Assembly (NCBI GenBank): GCA_050273025.1
Contig: CP158635.1
Coordinates: 6,386,001-6,450,000 of the forward strand
Direction: 5' to 3'
Source: Cenococcum geophilum
Lineage: Eukaryota
DNA length: 64,000 nt
Program-made: the position numbers and the translations under genes
The notes under the pieces: generated by a model
Databases searched by the model: none
Told to the model about the DNA's origin: nothing
What the model saw: the letters and a program-made list of their open reading frames with translations, nothing else
Part shown: positions 38,971 through 51,600 of the stretch, one piece after another
Layout: each line of letters opens with the position of its first letter
How positions within the stretch are numbered: position 1 is the first letter of the stretch

Positions 38971-41900
38971 AATAAGTAATAATATTAACTAAATTAATTA
39001 GACGGATATTATACCTCTAGTAAATAACTTAGAGATATTTTAAATCTTTAAGGATAAAGATAAAGAGGAGGGAGATAGTATTATAGATGCTTTAAGTATA
39101 ATATTATAACTACTTAGGGAAGAGTCGGAAGAAGCTAGTTAGTTAATTTAGGCACGGTCTAAGATGGAGCTAGTAAAACTATATAACGAGGAATAGTAAC
39201 TAAGGTTATATAATATACTATATATTAAATAAGAGAAATAAAAGGAACTTACGTACCTTATATATAAGACGTATATTATATATAAGAAGGATTTTATAAG
39301 AGTATGGTTATATATTTAAGGACCCTTAGTCCCTACTTAGATAGTTCCTTCCTTATAGTAATTCTTAGAATATAATTAGAGTTAATCTATTAGGCAACTA
39401 CTCCACTAGTTATTATTACGTTGTTAACTTTTATACTTACATTTCCTACACACCTAGCCTATTAATGAGCCTATCGTAGTTCCTGCTATAAGGTTCCGTT
39501 ACAATACTCCTCCTAAAGTCTTAACACTAAACCCGTGGCTCTATTATATTCTTAAGTTATTCCTTTATAGAAATCTTCTATAAATTATTTTGCTATACTT
39601 CTTAGGATATACTTTACTTCTTAGTTTTTATATATATCCGTCTATAGATCTTTTAGCTATACTTTTAGAATTCTTTATACCTAAAAGCTTTTTAGTAACT
39701 TATAAACTCTTTCTAGTTCTTCCTAAGTTATTATAATTTTTAGATAATTATACCTAATCAATCCATCAGTGTCTTTTCGTAGTAAAGCCCCTAATAGCTT
39801 TTCATCGTTTTATAGTTTAGCCTTTTAACTTAGAGCGTCTACTTATATATTATCTATACCCTTAATATATTAAATCTCAAAATAGTATTCTATAAGCATC
39901 TCTGCCCATCTAACCTATCTTTAATTAAGTTTCTTTATTATTAGGAATCCCGTTAGGTTCTTATAATCTATCTTAACTATAAATAGTTTCTTTATACCTT
40001 ATAAGAATGCTTTTTATTTCTTAAGTACTATAACTATACCTAATAACTCCTTGTTATAAATGTTATAGTTTAACTCTAATAGTATTATCTTTTAACTATA
40101 GTATGCCACTAGGTGCTATCTATTTTAATATTTTTATATAAAGCACGCCCCTAGTATAAAGTCTAATATATTTATTTCTATAACTATCTCTAATCCTAGT
40201 TAATAGATCTTAAGAACTAGCTCCTAGGTAAATAACTCTTTAACTTTTTTAAATAATTCCTACTGTTCCTTTCCCTATACCTATAGTTCTTCTTTCTTTA
40301 TTAATCGCGTAAATAGTTTAATATCCTTTAACTATTGCGCTATAAACTTTCTATAGTAATTATAAAACCCTAAAAATAATCTTAACTGCGTAATGTTCTC
40401 TAGTTCTTACTAATTTACTATAACCTTAATCTTTTTCGGATCTATACTAAGTTAGCCTAGTTTAATAATAAATTTAATAAAATTAGTCTTCTTAGTAAAG
40501 AACTTATATTTTTTAATTGCTATTAGTATCTGTTCTTCTTATAGTCTCTTTAAAACCTATTTAACATATTCCTTATATTCTTCCTTAGTTATTAAATAGA
40601 TAATAATATTATTAAAATATACCATAATAAATTTATCTAAGTGTTCTCTTAATATATTGTTAATACGCTTTTAAAATATTACTAGCGCGTTTATAAGCCT
40701 AAATTATATAACTAATAGTTTATATAGTCCTTTCTTTAACCTAAAGGCTACCTTTTATTTATTTCCTTCTTTAATTCTAATCTAATAGTACGCCTATCTT
40801 AGATCTATCTTCGTAAAGATTTATACGTTACCTATCCTATCTTAGATTTTGCTAATTAAGGGTAAAGGATATTTATCCTTTTAAGTAATGCTGTTTAACT
40901 GCCTATAGTTAATATATAGTTTTAGTTTACCATTTTTCTTTAGTATAAACAGTACTGGATAACCCGTTAATAACTATAATAGTCTAATATATCCCTTTTA
41001 TAAGTTTTCTTAAACAAACTCTTTTAATACTCTACCTTCTTTTTTAGTAAGCTTATAGATTAGAAAGAACCTTAGACTTATTTCTAGTTCTAACTCTATT
41101 TTATAGTCCTATGCTATATAATTTAACAGCTTTTTACTTTTTAGTAACTATAGTTTCTTGCTATACTTATAGTATCTCTTTAGTACGTAACTTAGTCCTT
41201 TCTCTATTTCTTTATAGGTTGCTTCTACTTAGTACTATACTAACTTAGTTTATTGTTATATCTTATAGCATTAAGTATTTTTAATATCGACTTAACCTAT
41301 AACCTAATTAATCTTTAGATTGTATTCCTGTAACTAAGGCATTCCTAGTACTGCCTTATTATTCCCTAATAGTAATATATTAAAAGACATTTTAATCTAT
41401 CTCCTTTTAATAGTTAACTAAATAGGTCCTGTTTTAAGATTAATAATGCCTCCTCCGTAGGCTATCGGATCTCCTAAAATTATCACTAATAGGTAAGAGT
41501 ACTCCTTTTTCCTATATAGTAATCCTATTCTTTTAACTGCTACTAGCAAGATATGGTTCCTTATTACTCCACTATTTATTAGTGCCTCGAACTATTAATC
41601 TTGCTATTTAATTTATAAATTTAAGTGTTATCCTTAAATTCCTTTAAGGGTTTAAGGCTCTACTACTAGTTCCCCCTAGTCCTATAGGCCTCTACTTTTC
41701 CTAACTATTAGCTGCTTAATCCTATTTATACTTAGTCTACCTTTAGCTAATACTTAGTTCGCTTTTTATCTTTAATATACTATAGACACGTGTTCTCTAG
41801 GCACTCCTACTACTATTATCCGTCTAAGTATTCTTCTATAAGGAATCTTCCTGGTTAAAGTATTAAGTCCCCTTAGCTTTATACTTCTATTAGGTGCTAA

Positions 41901-44900
41901 CTATATATATACCTAGCGTTTCGATATTTCGCCTTATCTAATAACTAATGCATCCTTACTAGGTATTTTCGATGTTTATCCTTAGGTGCTCTATATATAT
42001 TATATATATTATCCACGTACGCTATCTATACCAATATGTAGTATGCTTAGTGTTTTAGGTTAACTCTTAGCTTGTCTTCGTCCTTAAGTTTAAACCTTTC
42101 TTATATTAATCTAAGCGTTACAACTTTATTTACAGGTACTATAATTTGCCTCTTGCTTCTCTAGTCCTCTAATTACTCCTCTAGATTCTTTAATATTATA
42201 ATTAAGGCCCCTTTAATATGACTTATAGCCTTTTCTATAATTAGGTGGTCTTAGATAACTTTTTCGTCTAACCACATATAGAAATCTTCCCACTTATTAT
42301 TGTGTTATTGCCTATACTATTTTTAATACAGTTGCTGGAGTGTATACGGCTTATCTATAAGGAAGTATCTTCTTATTACTACGTCGTAACAGCCCTTTAT
42401 ATGTCGTTCTTCGAACCTAGTAGGGATCCCTAGATCCTCTTTGTTTTCCAGTTTAGTAAGCCACTTAGCTCTTAGTGTACCTATCCTAGGCCTATTAGTG
42501 ATTCTTTATACAGGTGCTCTGTCCCTTATATAACCTAGTATACTAGATCTCTTATCTAGTTTCTAATCTTGCTATACAATAATTCTTTATCTAAATTCCT
42601 CTATAGTTTCTTTTAGTTTATATCTTACGCTTAGATCCTTAAAGTCTTCGTACTTCTTAATCTTAGTATTAATATTTTAATCTTTAGGCTAAACACTACG
42701 TTTTCCTAGTAAGTCTTCTAGGTCTATATATCTGTCTCCTAGTCTAACTACTATTTATATTACGGATTCTCTAATCCCTTGTCCTTTGTTTATAGGTGTC
42801 CTTATTTATACTCTAAATTCTTAGTCCCTTAGATTCTTTAATCCTAAGCCTACTTCTAACTTAAGCTTAGCTGTAGCCTTAGTCTAACTAGGCTTAGGTA
42901 TTCTCATCTTATCTTAAGAGTCTTAAATCTTACTTATCTTATCTTAAGAGTCTTATGCCTGTAGGAAACTCTATCCCGAGCTTATTTATATATCTTTAAA
43001 CTAGGCTACTACTCTATTCTATCGGTTTCTATCCGTTATGGGTCCTTAAGCTTACCTTATCTCGTCTTAAGAGTCTTAGTTATCTCTTATCTCATCTTAA
43101 GAATCTTAAGCCTTTAGCCTTTTGCCTTTATTAAGTGCCGAAGTAGTTCGCTGTCCTACTTCTCTTGCGTCTTATAAAGCGATAGATATCGTATCTAGTA
43201 GGGTCTTAATCCCTACTAATGTTCCCTATTCTATAGTGGAATTATCTTCTACCTCTTATGTAATATCTTTAAGGTCTATATGCTCCTAGTAAGCCGCCCT
43301 TATCGCCTTATCGTTATAGAATGTTTTGCCTATATTGAATTTATCGTCCTTAATATCCAATCTGCGAACTAGTTTGTTAGTTCCTTTATATTTTAAGGAT
43401 TTTGGCTCCTATAGCTAATAGCTTACGCCGTACTTAGCGTCTTTATGAATTTGGTATATATTATTATAACAAAATGCAAAACTTCTAATTAAACACTCTT
43501 TTGTTCCTTGTAGTATACTATCGTCCCTCTATATATATATATCTTCTGCCGTTAGTCTAGTTCCCTTTATTACATAGTATCTCTAACTATCTTTATAATC
43601 CCTCGCGAAGTAATCTTGTTTCCCATAATTTATATAAGCTCCGTTTTTAAACCATTAACTTTACTATAGAGTCCGCCTAAACGTCTTCTGCTATTAAGAT
43701 CCCTGGTTTAGTCTCTATTCCTTAGTCCTATAATTACTAGATCCTTAACCTTTAGGTTTTTATAGTTTCTTACTCTATCTCTTATAGGCTTCTTTAGTAC
43801 TACTTAGGTCCATTAGCTCTACGCTATATTATAGTTTTTAACTTAGCTTTAGTCGTTATGTACTCTACGCCTTATATAACTATAGAACTCTATCCTAGCC
43901 TCTTTTAGCCTATTCCCTTTAGTAGATCCAATTATTAATCTTAATTACTTAATCTATTAGTTCCCGTAGGGTATCCGCATCTTCTATTAGAATAATTACG
44001 TCCTAGACTTTAGCCTTAAGTCCTTATTTATACTATACTATAAGCGCCCTATTATTCTACTCTACTTGCGTAGCTAGCGTTTAGAACTATATTGTATACT
44101 TAATTACTAAGGTTCATTGCGTAATATCTTAAAGTTTTCTTTCTGCCGTGGTTACTGCCTCTAGGTCTCCAAATATCTATATAAGTCGCTCTACGAACCC
44201 TTCCTAGCTTAAGAATATAAACCGCACCTCTTAATTAGTAGTTGTTATTCCGTTTGCCTGTATTTCCGTAAGGTAAAACTTAAACCATTTAAGTGCCTTA
44301 CCTAATAGGAATAGTCCTATATAGGCTATTCGATCTATAGGTGTTAGTAGCTTTACCCCTTCTTATGTGACTTTAAAGTGCATTTGCGTAAGAAATCCTT
44401 TAAGCTTTAATCTTTCTCTTAAATACCTCTTAATTAATAGTAACTTAATCTTTACTACTCTAATCCCATTAACCCTTTCCTTTAACACTGCGTTGTTAGT
44501 TATTAACTGGTTAACTATCTCTTATAGTTATCTGACCGTTATAGGTTGCTATAAGTTAGTATCTGCTATACTAGTGTCACCTAACCTTAAAGTAGTTGCC
44601 GCCGTTAATGGCGTCGTAGTGGCTGCTTTTAGTGGCATATTGTTTAACTTTCTATACTTAATACTGTAACTAGGTAGTGATTGTGTAATAGAACCTTATA
44701 GTAGGAACTACGATAGGCTTATTATTAGGCTAGGTGTATAGGTAATGCAAGTTAAAGTTAATAATAAATAATAACTAGTGGAGTGGTTGCCTAATAGATT
44801 AACTTTAATTGTATTCTAAGAATTACTATAAGGAAGGAACTATCTAGGTAGGGACTAAGGGTCCTTAAATACACAATCGTACTCCTATGAAATCCTTCTT

Positions 44901-45525
44901 ATATATAATGTACGTCTTATACATAAGGTACGTAAGTTCCTCTCATTCCCCTCGTTTAATACGTAGCATGTTATGTGACCTTAGTTACTATTCTTCGTCA
45001 CATAGTTCTATCGGCTCTATCCTGGACCGTGCCTAAATTAACCAACTAGCTTCTTCCGACTCCTCTCCAAGTAGTCGTAACATTGTACTTAAAGCGTCCG
45101 TAATATAAGGGATATTATTGCGGACACCTTGGGTTGCCCTTAGGACAACCCCCAGACGCCCCTTGGATGGTCGCCGGTCACGTGACGGAGGCACGTGCCC
45201 GTAGTATATAGTCTCCACAATCCCAGAGGCCTTACCTCCTTAAGGATTCGTCTCTCTTACCAATCTATCCTATTCCACAATCGTGTCCTTATAGCCCCCT
45301 ATCTATAAGATCCCCTTATAGTATCCTAGGTAGAAAATCTAATAGTAAGATTAATAGATTCCGTTAAACATTTCTCCTATAACCCCTCTTATCTCCTATA
45401 TTTTCTAGTAACGATTAAATATATTCTATAAGCTAACTTATACTAAATATTAGGTGTAGTTACTCGCGTATATATAGACTTACTATTAAGTAAGCAAGCT
45501 AAGCTAGAAAGTCTTAGCTTGCTAG

Positions 45526-48500
45526 TATAAGGGGACTTTATATATAAGGGGCTATAAGGCACAATTGTAGAAATAGGATAAATTAGTAAGAGAGACAAAT
45601 CCTTAAAAAGGTAAGGCCTTTAGAATTGTGGAGACTATATACTATAGGTATATGCCTCTAGTACGTAACCGGTAACCATCTAAAAGGCGTTTAGAGGTTA
45701 TCCTAAGGGCAACCCAAGGTGTCCGCAATAATATCCCTTATATTACCCCCCCTTCTTATAGTCGGCCCCTAATTGCTATTACCTTATTGTAGGGAGATTA
45801 TAAGGGCTTATCCCAGAAGGGGTTTAGAAAGATATTAGTATACCGCTATATATTATCTATCTATCTAACCCCTACTTTAAACTCCTAAAAAACCTTAATA
45901 AGGAAAAAACATAACTAGAGAAAAGACGTAAGGATTGCTAAGAGACCTATTAGAAGCCTATTAAAAGTATACTAGTAACTACCTAGGCTAATATAGGGAT
46001 TTTTATACAACTCTACTTTTAAGCCTTTATACTAGTTTATAATTAATTATAAGTATTATAAGTAATTTAGTGTTTTAATATAGTTCTATAGAACCTTTTA
46101 GTATAGGATTTAACGTATAGAGCTTTAGCTTACCGTCGTCTTTAACTGCTAAGATATAGTCTATAATTCTTTCTTATAACCCCTTTCTTATAATCCCCTG
46201 CGTTACTAATATACTGCTTTTATATTTGCCCTTAGGTTATTAGATACGGTTAAGGTATTAATTAGTTAGTTAAAGAGACTTATCTCTTAAGATTTAGTGT
46301 ATATACTTCCAAATCTAGTGGTCCTATACTATATATTTAGCGTAGCTCTACTACTTAGTAAATAGGGACACTTTATAATAATAACTATAACTATTATACA
46401 ATTGTCAAAAACGTCTATAACGTTGATCTTTAATATTATAGTATTGTTTAGGTATAATTTAACCTATATACGTCTTTAATTTAACGTTTTAATTGCCTTC
46501 CCCTGGCCGCGTTATTAGTTTTTATAAGGAAGTAATAGCCAAATAGCTTATACGCGTGTTTCCTTTCTTTTAAATAGCGCTATTATAACAAAGTTATATT
46601 AGTAAGGTTACGGCTATTTACCGGAAGGGTATTAAAAGGTAAAGTATAAAGACACCTTGCTTATTAAGCTTAATCCTTTTCTTTAACACCTTACTTTCCA
46701 TTATTAACCTTTATTTAATTTGGATGTATCTTTAATATATTATTAAGATTTTCTTTTTATTATTATTAATTTAATATACCTCTTTAATTTCCTACTAACT
46801 ACTTTTTTAAACAAATTCTATAGTATATTCTAGCCCTACCTTTATATATAGAACCTTAACCCTTACTAATCCGTAACTAGTGCTAGTCCTACCTAAATAA
46901 TTTTGCCTATATATCTTTAAAAGACCAAAAATCTAATAATAGGATTCCAGAGGCTTGTAATAAGACGTACTACGTTAGATCTAATACCTTGAGTCCTTAT
47001 AATTAATGTATATATACTAAGAGCGGTAGTTATATTAAAGTAAGCTTTTTTATTCTTAATAGATTTCTATTACTAACTTTAGGCTTTAATAGCCTAGGCC
47101 TAAGTAGCAATATTCCTTTAATGTCCTTAACTACTATATCGCCTAGGCTCTCTCCTATTTAAGCGCTAATACTAAATATCTAGGTTAAATTTAAGATTAT
47201 ACTATAGCTATTTATACCACCTATAACTCTTAGTAAGCTAGCCAGTAACGCTTAATATAAAAGTAAGGTTAGTATACTAAGGGTAGGATAAGAGATAGGG
47301 GTAATAAGAAGAAGGTTGCCGTCTATTATAGAAAGGATTTCGCGTATACGCGTTAAGTTTTAAAAGAGCATAATATAATGCGTTATTAGATAGGTTACTC
47401 TTTAGGTACCTAGCAGATAGGCAACTAACAATTACTATAGCAAGATCTTAGTGGTTCTAGACTATACCAGCCAGCCTATATCTCTGTTTATTCTAGGCTT
47501 AAGCGTATCTTTATTAACTATAAGCTTACGCCGCAGAAGCTTTATTAATATTAGTTTAGACCTAATATTAGTATTAAGCATTTAAGGATCTCTACCCTAG
47601 CTACACCTTATTATCCTGCCCCTATTTTTATGCCTACTTATATACCTATAAAGGGATCTCATTCCTATTAACCGTCCCTTAAAGGGCCAATAGATACTAA
47701 TCCTAATCCTAAGGATAAGGCGTAGTGGCTTTTTAGATTAGGTATTTTAGATTTATTCTTATATATAATAGCAATTAAGGACCTTAATTAGGTGCTTAGA
47801 AAGGCCTTGTAAGGCTTTTAAAAAGGGCTTAAAAGCCCTAGGAATAATATTCTTAATATAGATAAATTAATAGGAATACAATTCTAGTAAAATGCCCTAT
47901 TAACTCTATACTATATACGTAAAAAGGCTAAGGACCTATTCTACCTTAGGCTATAGCCCTAATCCTTATAGTTTCTGGAGCCTGTCCGTTCTATATCTTA
48001 TTTAACCTATTTACTCTTTTTATAAGCTTTTTTTATAGGTCGCAATAATATTATAGTATTAGAGCGCTTTTTACAATTTGTGTCACAGCGACTCAGTCAA
48101 TCGAGGCACGAGCGCCGTTTAGAACGTATGCAAGCCTGTACAATTGGAATGTCTATGGACCCGGATATCAAGATGAGGAGAAGAAGAAGGTCGTGGAAAG
48201 GACACGTCTATATACATGGAGCCAAGACGTAAGCGAACCCCCCTAACTAGGCCCTATCCAGGTTACGCGCGTCAGTGCCGTAACATTACCCCCCCCCTTC
48301 AAAAAAGCTTGCCCTTAAGCTTTATTCTTAGGTGCTTGTCTTCTACCTCTTGTACAGTTGTAGTTATTTACTGCAGGTGGGGCAGCAGTAGTCGATGAGA
48401 TGCTGCAGGTAGAGCAGCGAGTGTCAGTTAGAATGCTGCAGGCAGAGCAGCGAGGGTCGATCGTAGTGCTACGGGCGTAGCAGCAGAAGTTAATTGTGGT

Positions 48501-50430
48501 ACTGCAGGCAGGAGCAGTAGTGGTCGAATTAAGGTTTAGCTGCAGGTAGGAGCAGCTGTGTTCGGGTAGTAGTACGGTACTAGCGGCGGTAACGATAGTG
48601 GTCGAGCACAGAGCTCGTCTATCGGTTGTCTTGTAATAGCAGGTTAAACGTAGAGCTTAGGCTATCGATTGGTCTCGTCAACTGTGGCAGGGCAGTCGTT
48701 TGTTGTAGCAGTATGATGCAAGCGGAAGTCGTGGATCGCAGGCGTAACGGCACGATCGTACGGTCAGTAGGACTGTAGGCGTATCAGCACAGTTGTAGTC
48801 AGGTCGTAGTAGCAGGCGTATTGGCACTACCGTTGGTCTATAGGACTATAGGCAGAGCGGCATAGTCGGTGGGCAGTGGCAGAGTGGTGCCAGCGTTGAT
48901 AGTCCTGGTAATTTCGTTCCTCGCAGCTCGTAAGTATACGTAGCTCAGTATCCATCAAAAAGGACTATTTAGGTAGCAGTACGGTGCAAGCGTCCGATAG
49001 AGAGACGTACGGTCGGTTGATCGGTCGATCGATCGGTAGGTAGGTAGGTAGGCACACGCGTTCGGTTAACAGATGTACGCGTTGCTCGGTCGGTCGACGA
49101 GTTCGTACGGTCGGAAAGAGGTTACTGCTCGGCACGTGCTTCCCCATAGCATAGGCGGCCGTTTGGTAGAGAGAAAAGAAAAAAAGAAGAGAATATAAGG
49201 GAGGGTACCTATAAGTGTAGGGATTCCATACCCAGCTACCACAGGACTACGGTAACAATGAGCATAAGGGGTGCCTGTATGGTGTAGGGATTCCATACCC
49301 AGCCACCACAGGACTTCAATAACAATAATTCCTGCTTTATCTCAGAGTATGCATCTCCTGCCTTCTTTATTATAGGAGTTAGGCTCTCCTTCCTTCCTTT
49401 GCCTACTAGTATATAGGGCTCCGTTACCTATTAACTACCCTAGGCCACAGGGCTTCTTTAACCTGGGATATAACAGCCTGCGATCGGTTAAGGGATCTTA
49501 ATATAATGTCACAGCGACTCAGTCAATCGAGGCACGAGCGCCGTTTAGAACGTATGCAAGCCTATACAATTGGAATCAAGATAAGGAGAAGAAGAAGGTC
49601 GTAGAAAGGACACGTCTATATATATGGAGCCAAGACGTAAGCGAACCCCCCTGACTAGGCCCTATCCAGGTTACGCGCGTCAGTGCCGTAACAATTTGCA
49701 GATTATAGACCTTAGTCTTAATATTCTTTTAGAATATCTTTATAGTAATTAAGGTAATCCTCTAGTTCCTATATAAAGTCCTTAGCGGGCTAGCCTAGCT
49801 ATTTAACTTTATATTAAAGCTTATTCTTAATAGACTTATAGCATAGTATAGCTCTAATAGGTTTATATAAAATACTAAATGCATATAAGCTATAGATAGG
49901 GGTAGTTAGAGATAGTAGGCTAACTTCCTAATTTATTTCTTAACTTAAAAGGGACCTAGGTATCTTATATTAAGCTTCTTTAATAGTTAACAGGTTTTAA
50001 TATTCGTTAAACATAATAGAATCTCGTCGCCTACTTTAAAATGCTTATCTTAGTATTTACGGTTATACTAAAGTCTCTACTGCTTTTAGGCATCCTATAG
50101 GCTCTACTTTTACATACTTTTATTACTTCTTCTATTTCCGGAGGTATCTTTATACTCTTTAGCAGATATTCTTAAAATTCCTAGCAAGATCCTATAATTA
50201 ATTATACGGCCTTAGCTAGTAATTGCTAGGTATACTATTAAACCTAAATAGTTAGACGCTATAGGCAATCTAAATTAGTGTATACTTATATAATGCGTAT
50301 TACTTTAAATTATAAGCGTACTCTATATATGGAAGTAGCTTATACTAGTTATCTTATAAATGTATTTATAAGTAAGACTCTAGAGTCTTCTAAGCTTTAT
50401 ATTCGTCCTACGCGTTAATAGAGCTTTAAG
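45526..50430 (-). mobile_element. 5'-truncated gypsy chromovirus, family B (3' LTR 45,526-45,742)
   Basis: PPT GAAGGGGGGGTAA precedes the LTR on the minus strand. Minus-strand integrase C-terminus (TLESYLR..DNWYELLPY.EYAYN, KKLD.RYLGPF, HPVFHVNLLEPY) and chromodomain (YKVKWAGWPAEDSTWEPEDHL) at ~49,710-50,420 after de-RIP. I found no 5' LTR, gag or RT. Confidence 0.75.
48081..49693 (-). mobile_element. Non-autonomous LTR retroelement (TRIM-like, 1,613 bp), family C
   Basis: TG..CA direct repeats at 48,081-48,285 and 49,507-49,693 (the second has an 18-bp deletion). TSD ATTTG on both sides. PPT complement TTACCCCCCCCCTTC at 48,286. No pol motifs in the 1.2-kb interior. Confidence 0.93.
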
Positions 50431-51118
50431 CCACGTAGCTAATATTAGTACGAATATAATTCCCTCCTTAATGGTTTGTCTCTGTACTAGGGTATTACTA
50501 TACCTACTCTTTACTATATCGTCCTCTTCTATCGACTCTCCTATAACTTATGCTCGGCTTACCTACTCCCTACTATAGTTTCTTTAAGGCTTTTAATAAA
50601 TTAACTAACTTTATTAAGATTAATACCTCTTCCTTTATATTTAGGTAAGATTACTATAGGGAATAGAGGTAATTTATTCTATATAGCTTATAGTGTAGTT
50701 TATAGTATAGTTATTTACTATTTATTCTACGCTAATTGTAGTAGAGTAGTTTATGTCCTTTGCGACTGCTAGGCCTCTAGTACCTTCGCGCTTAGTTTTC
50801 TTATACGTTCTTTTAGTAGAGCTGCTGGCGGGTCCAGTGTTGCTAATACGCGTTTAGGGGTTAAAGCAGCTATCGGGGCTTCGGCGTTTCGTTCGGTAGG
50901 CCGCGGGGGCCGCCTTATAGCGCGGGAACTAGCTAAACGAAAGACCAGTATTCGATTAAAAGAATGTCCGAGATGAATAACCTCCTTTTTTAAAGGTTTC
51001 ATAAGCATTCTACAAGGGGGTTGCCTCGCCAATATAAGGGGGTACACATACGGGACGGACGCCCCCTGCTAGTATGTTTTAAAAATACGCGAGCCACCTG
51101 CAAAATACACGGACTGTG
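50431..51118 (-). mobile_element. End of an unclassified repeat (possible DNA transposon) with the 5' part of a RIP-decayed ORF
   Basis: The RIP signature fades here. The minus strand starts CACAGTCCGTGTATTTTGCAGG with a repeated CG(T/C)GTATTTT motif, followed by a basic ORF (RPPRPTERNAEAP..KER.RK.SAKVLEA) that is cut off by gypsy-B sequence. Confidence 0.4.
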
Positions 51119-51234
51119 TTACAGGTCGCTATTGTTGCCTTTGCAAAGTAACATTCTGTGCCACGGGCAAAAGTGCTGAAAAGTGCTATGACGCCGCGAG
51201 GGCGTCAACTAGACAGTTGGGAGCCTCAGAAAAT

Positions 51235-51390
51235 ATGGCATCGGATTGCCCTGGCGAAGAGCGCTTTCAGGCTCAGGCAGCCGAAAAAGGACTTCATCTG
51301 ACCCAGTCGAATCATATCGAATGGTGTAAAGGACATTCAAGTCACCCTCGCAACTGGTCTGCTGTGTTCGAATACTCGAATTTCAAGTCG
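51235..51390 (+). pseudogene. Possible remnant of an MFS (DHA1-like) transporter N-terminus
   Basis: HIEW....SHPRNWS resembles the W..HPRNW motif preceding TM1 of fungal MFS drug transporters. No transmembrane region follows before the COQ5 3' end. Confidence 0.35.
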
Positions 51391-51600
51391 TCTTGGCCCA
51401 CGAATGATATATAACAGGTTGAAAATGGAGCATTGATGCCACTAACTTTGAGCAATAGAAAGTCATCTACTTTGCGAATATATATCTTTACAGTCACCTT
51501 GAACAAGTTCATGGTGTTCGCTACGCAAGACCTCCAAGATAGTAGCAACCTCCAAAGGAGCACCATCCATGCAATCATGCATCCATCTGGTTTTACGAAT

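Larger units (their letters stand above)
23602..39503 (+). mobile_element. Ty3/gypsy chromovirus, family A copy A2 (inserted in the A1 integrase)
   Basis: 425-bp LTRs at 23,602-24,026 and 39,079-39,503; TSD ATACT. gag ATG at 24,072 (MPPKAATT), zinc knuckle ~33,030, protease ALIDS(G) ~35,066, RT VYLNN = YLDD ~36,029, GPF ~38,012, chromodomain ~38,160-38,330, PPT before 39,079. Confidence 0.95.
21281..45105 (-). mobile_element. Ty3/gypsy chromovirus, family A copy A1 (outermost; ~7.9 kb once A2 is removed)
   Basis: 422-bp LTRs at 21,281-21,702 and 44,684-45,105 share a short deletion absent from the A2/A3 LTRs. TSD TAAGG. PPT adjacent to 21,703. gag-PR-RT-RH at 39,509-44,640; integrase and chromodomain at ~22,430-23,601. 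Confidence 0.95.
21274..45320 (+). repeat. Solo LTR of gypsy family B (~217 bp), split into 21,274-21,280 and 45,111-45,320 by the family-A nest
   Basis: Rejoined sequence reads T(G/A)TAAGGGATATTATTGCGG...GATCCCCTTA(C/T)A, flanked by TSD GTATC at 21,269-21,273 and 45,321-45,325. It is homologous, inverted, to 45,526-45,742. Confidence 0.88.
1..51120. other. AT-rich, RIP-mutated repeat block (heterochromatin-like isochore)
   Basis: Pervasive TpA excess and CpA/TpG loss. Recognisable protein motifs are restored using only C>T/G>A reversals (TGG/CAG>TAG, CAA/CGA>TAA). Composition switches abruptly to intact GC-balanced genes after ~51,120. Confidence 0.95.

Noticed and set aside
28152..44669. 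Hydrophobic ORFs at 28152, 30093, 34016, 38320 and 44367
   Set aside because: Chance frames in RIPed gypsy sequence; AT-rich codons mimic membrane proteins.
45100..45746. Apparent 650-bp foldback/MITE with ~220-bp terminal inverted repeats
   Set aside because: The arms are two independent family-B LTRs in opposite orientation: one is a solo LTR with its own TSD (GTATC), and the other follows a PPT.
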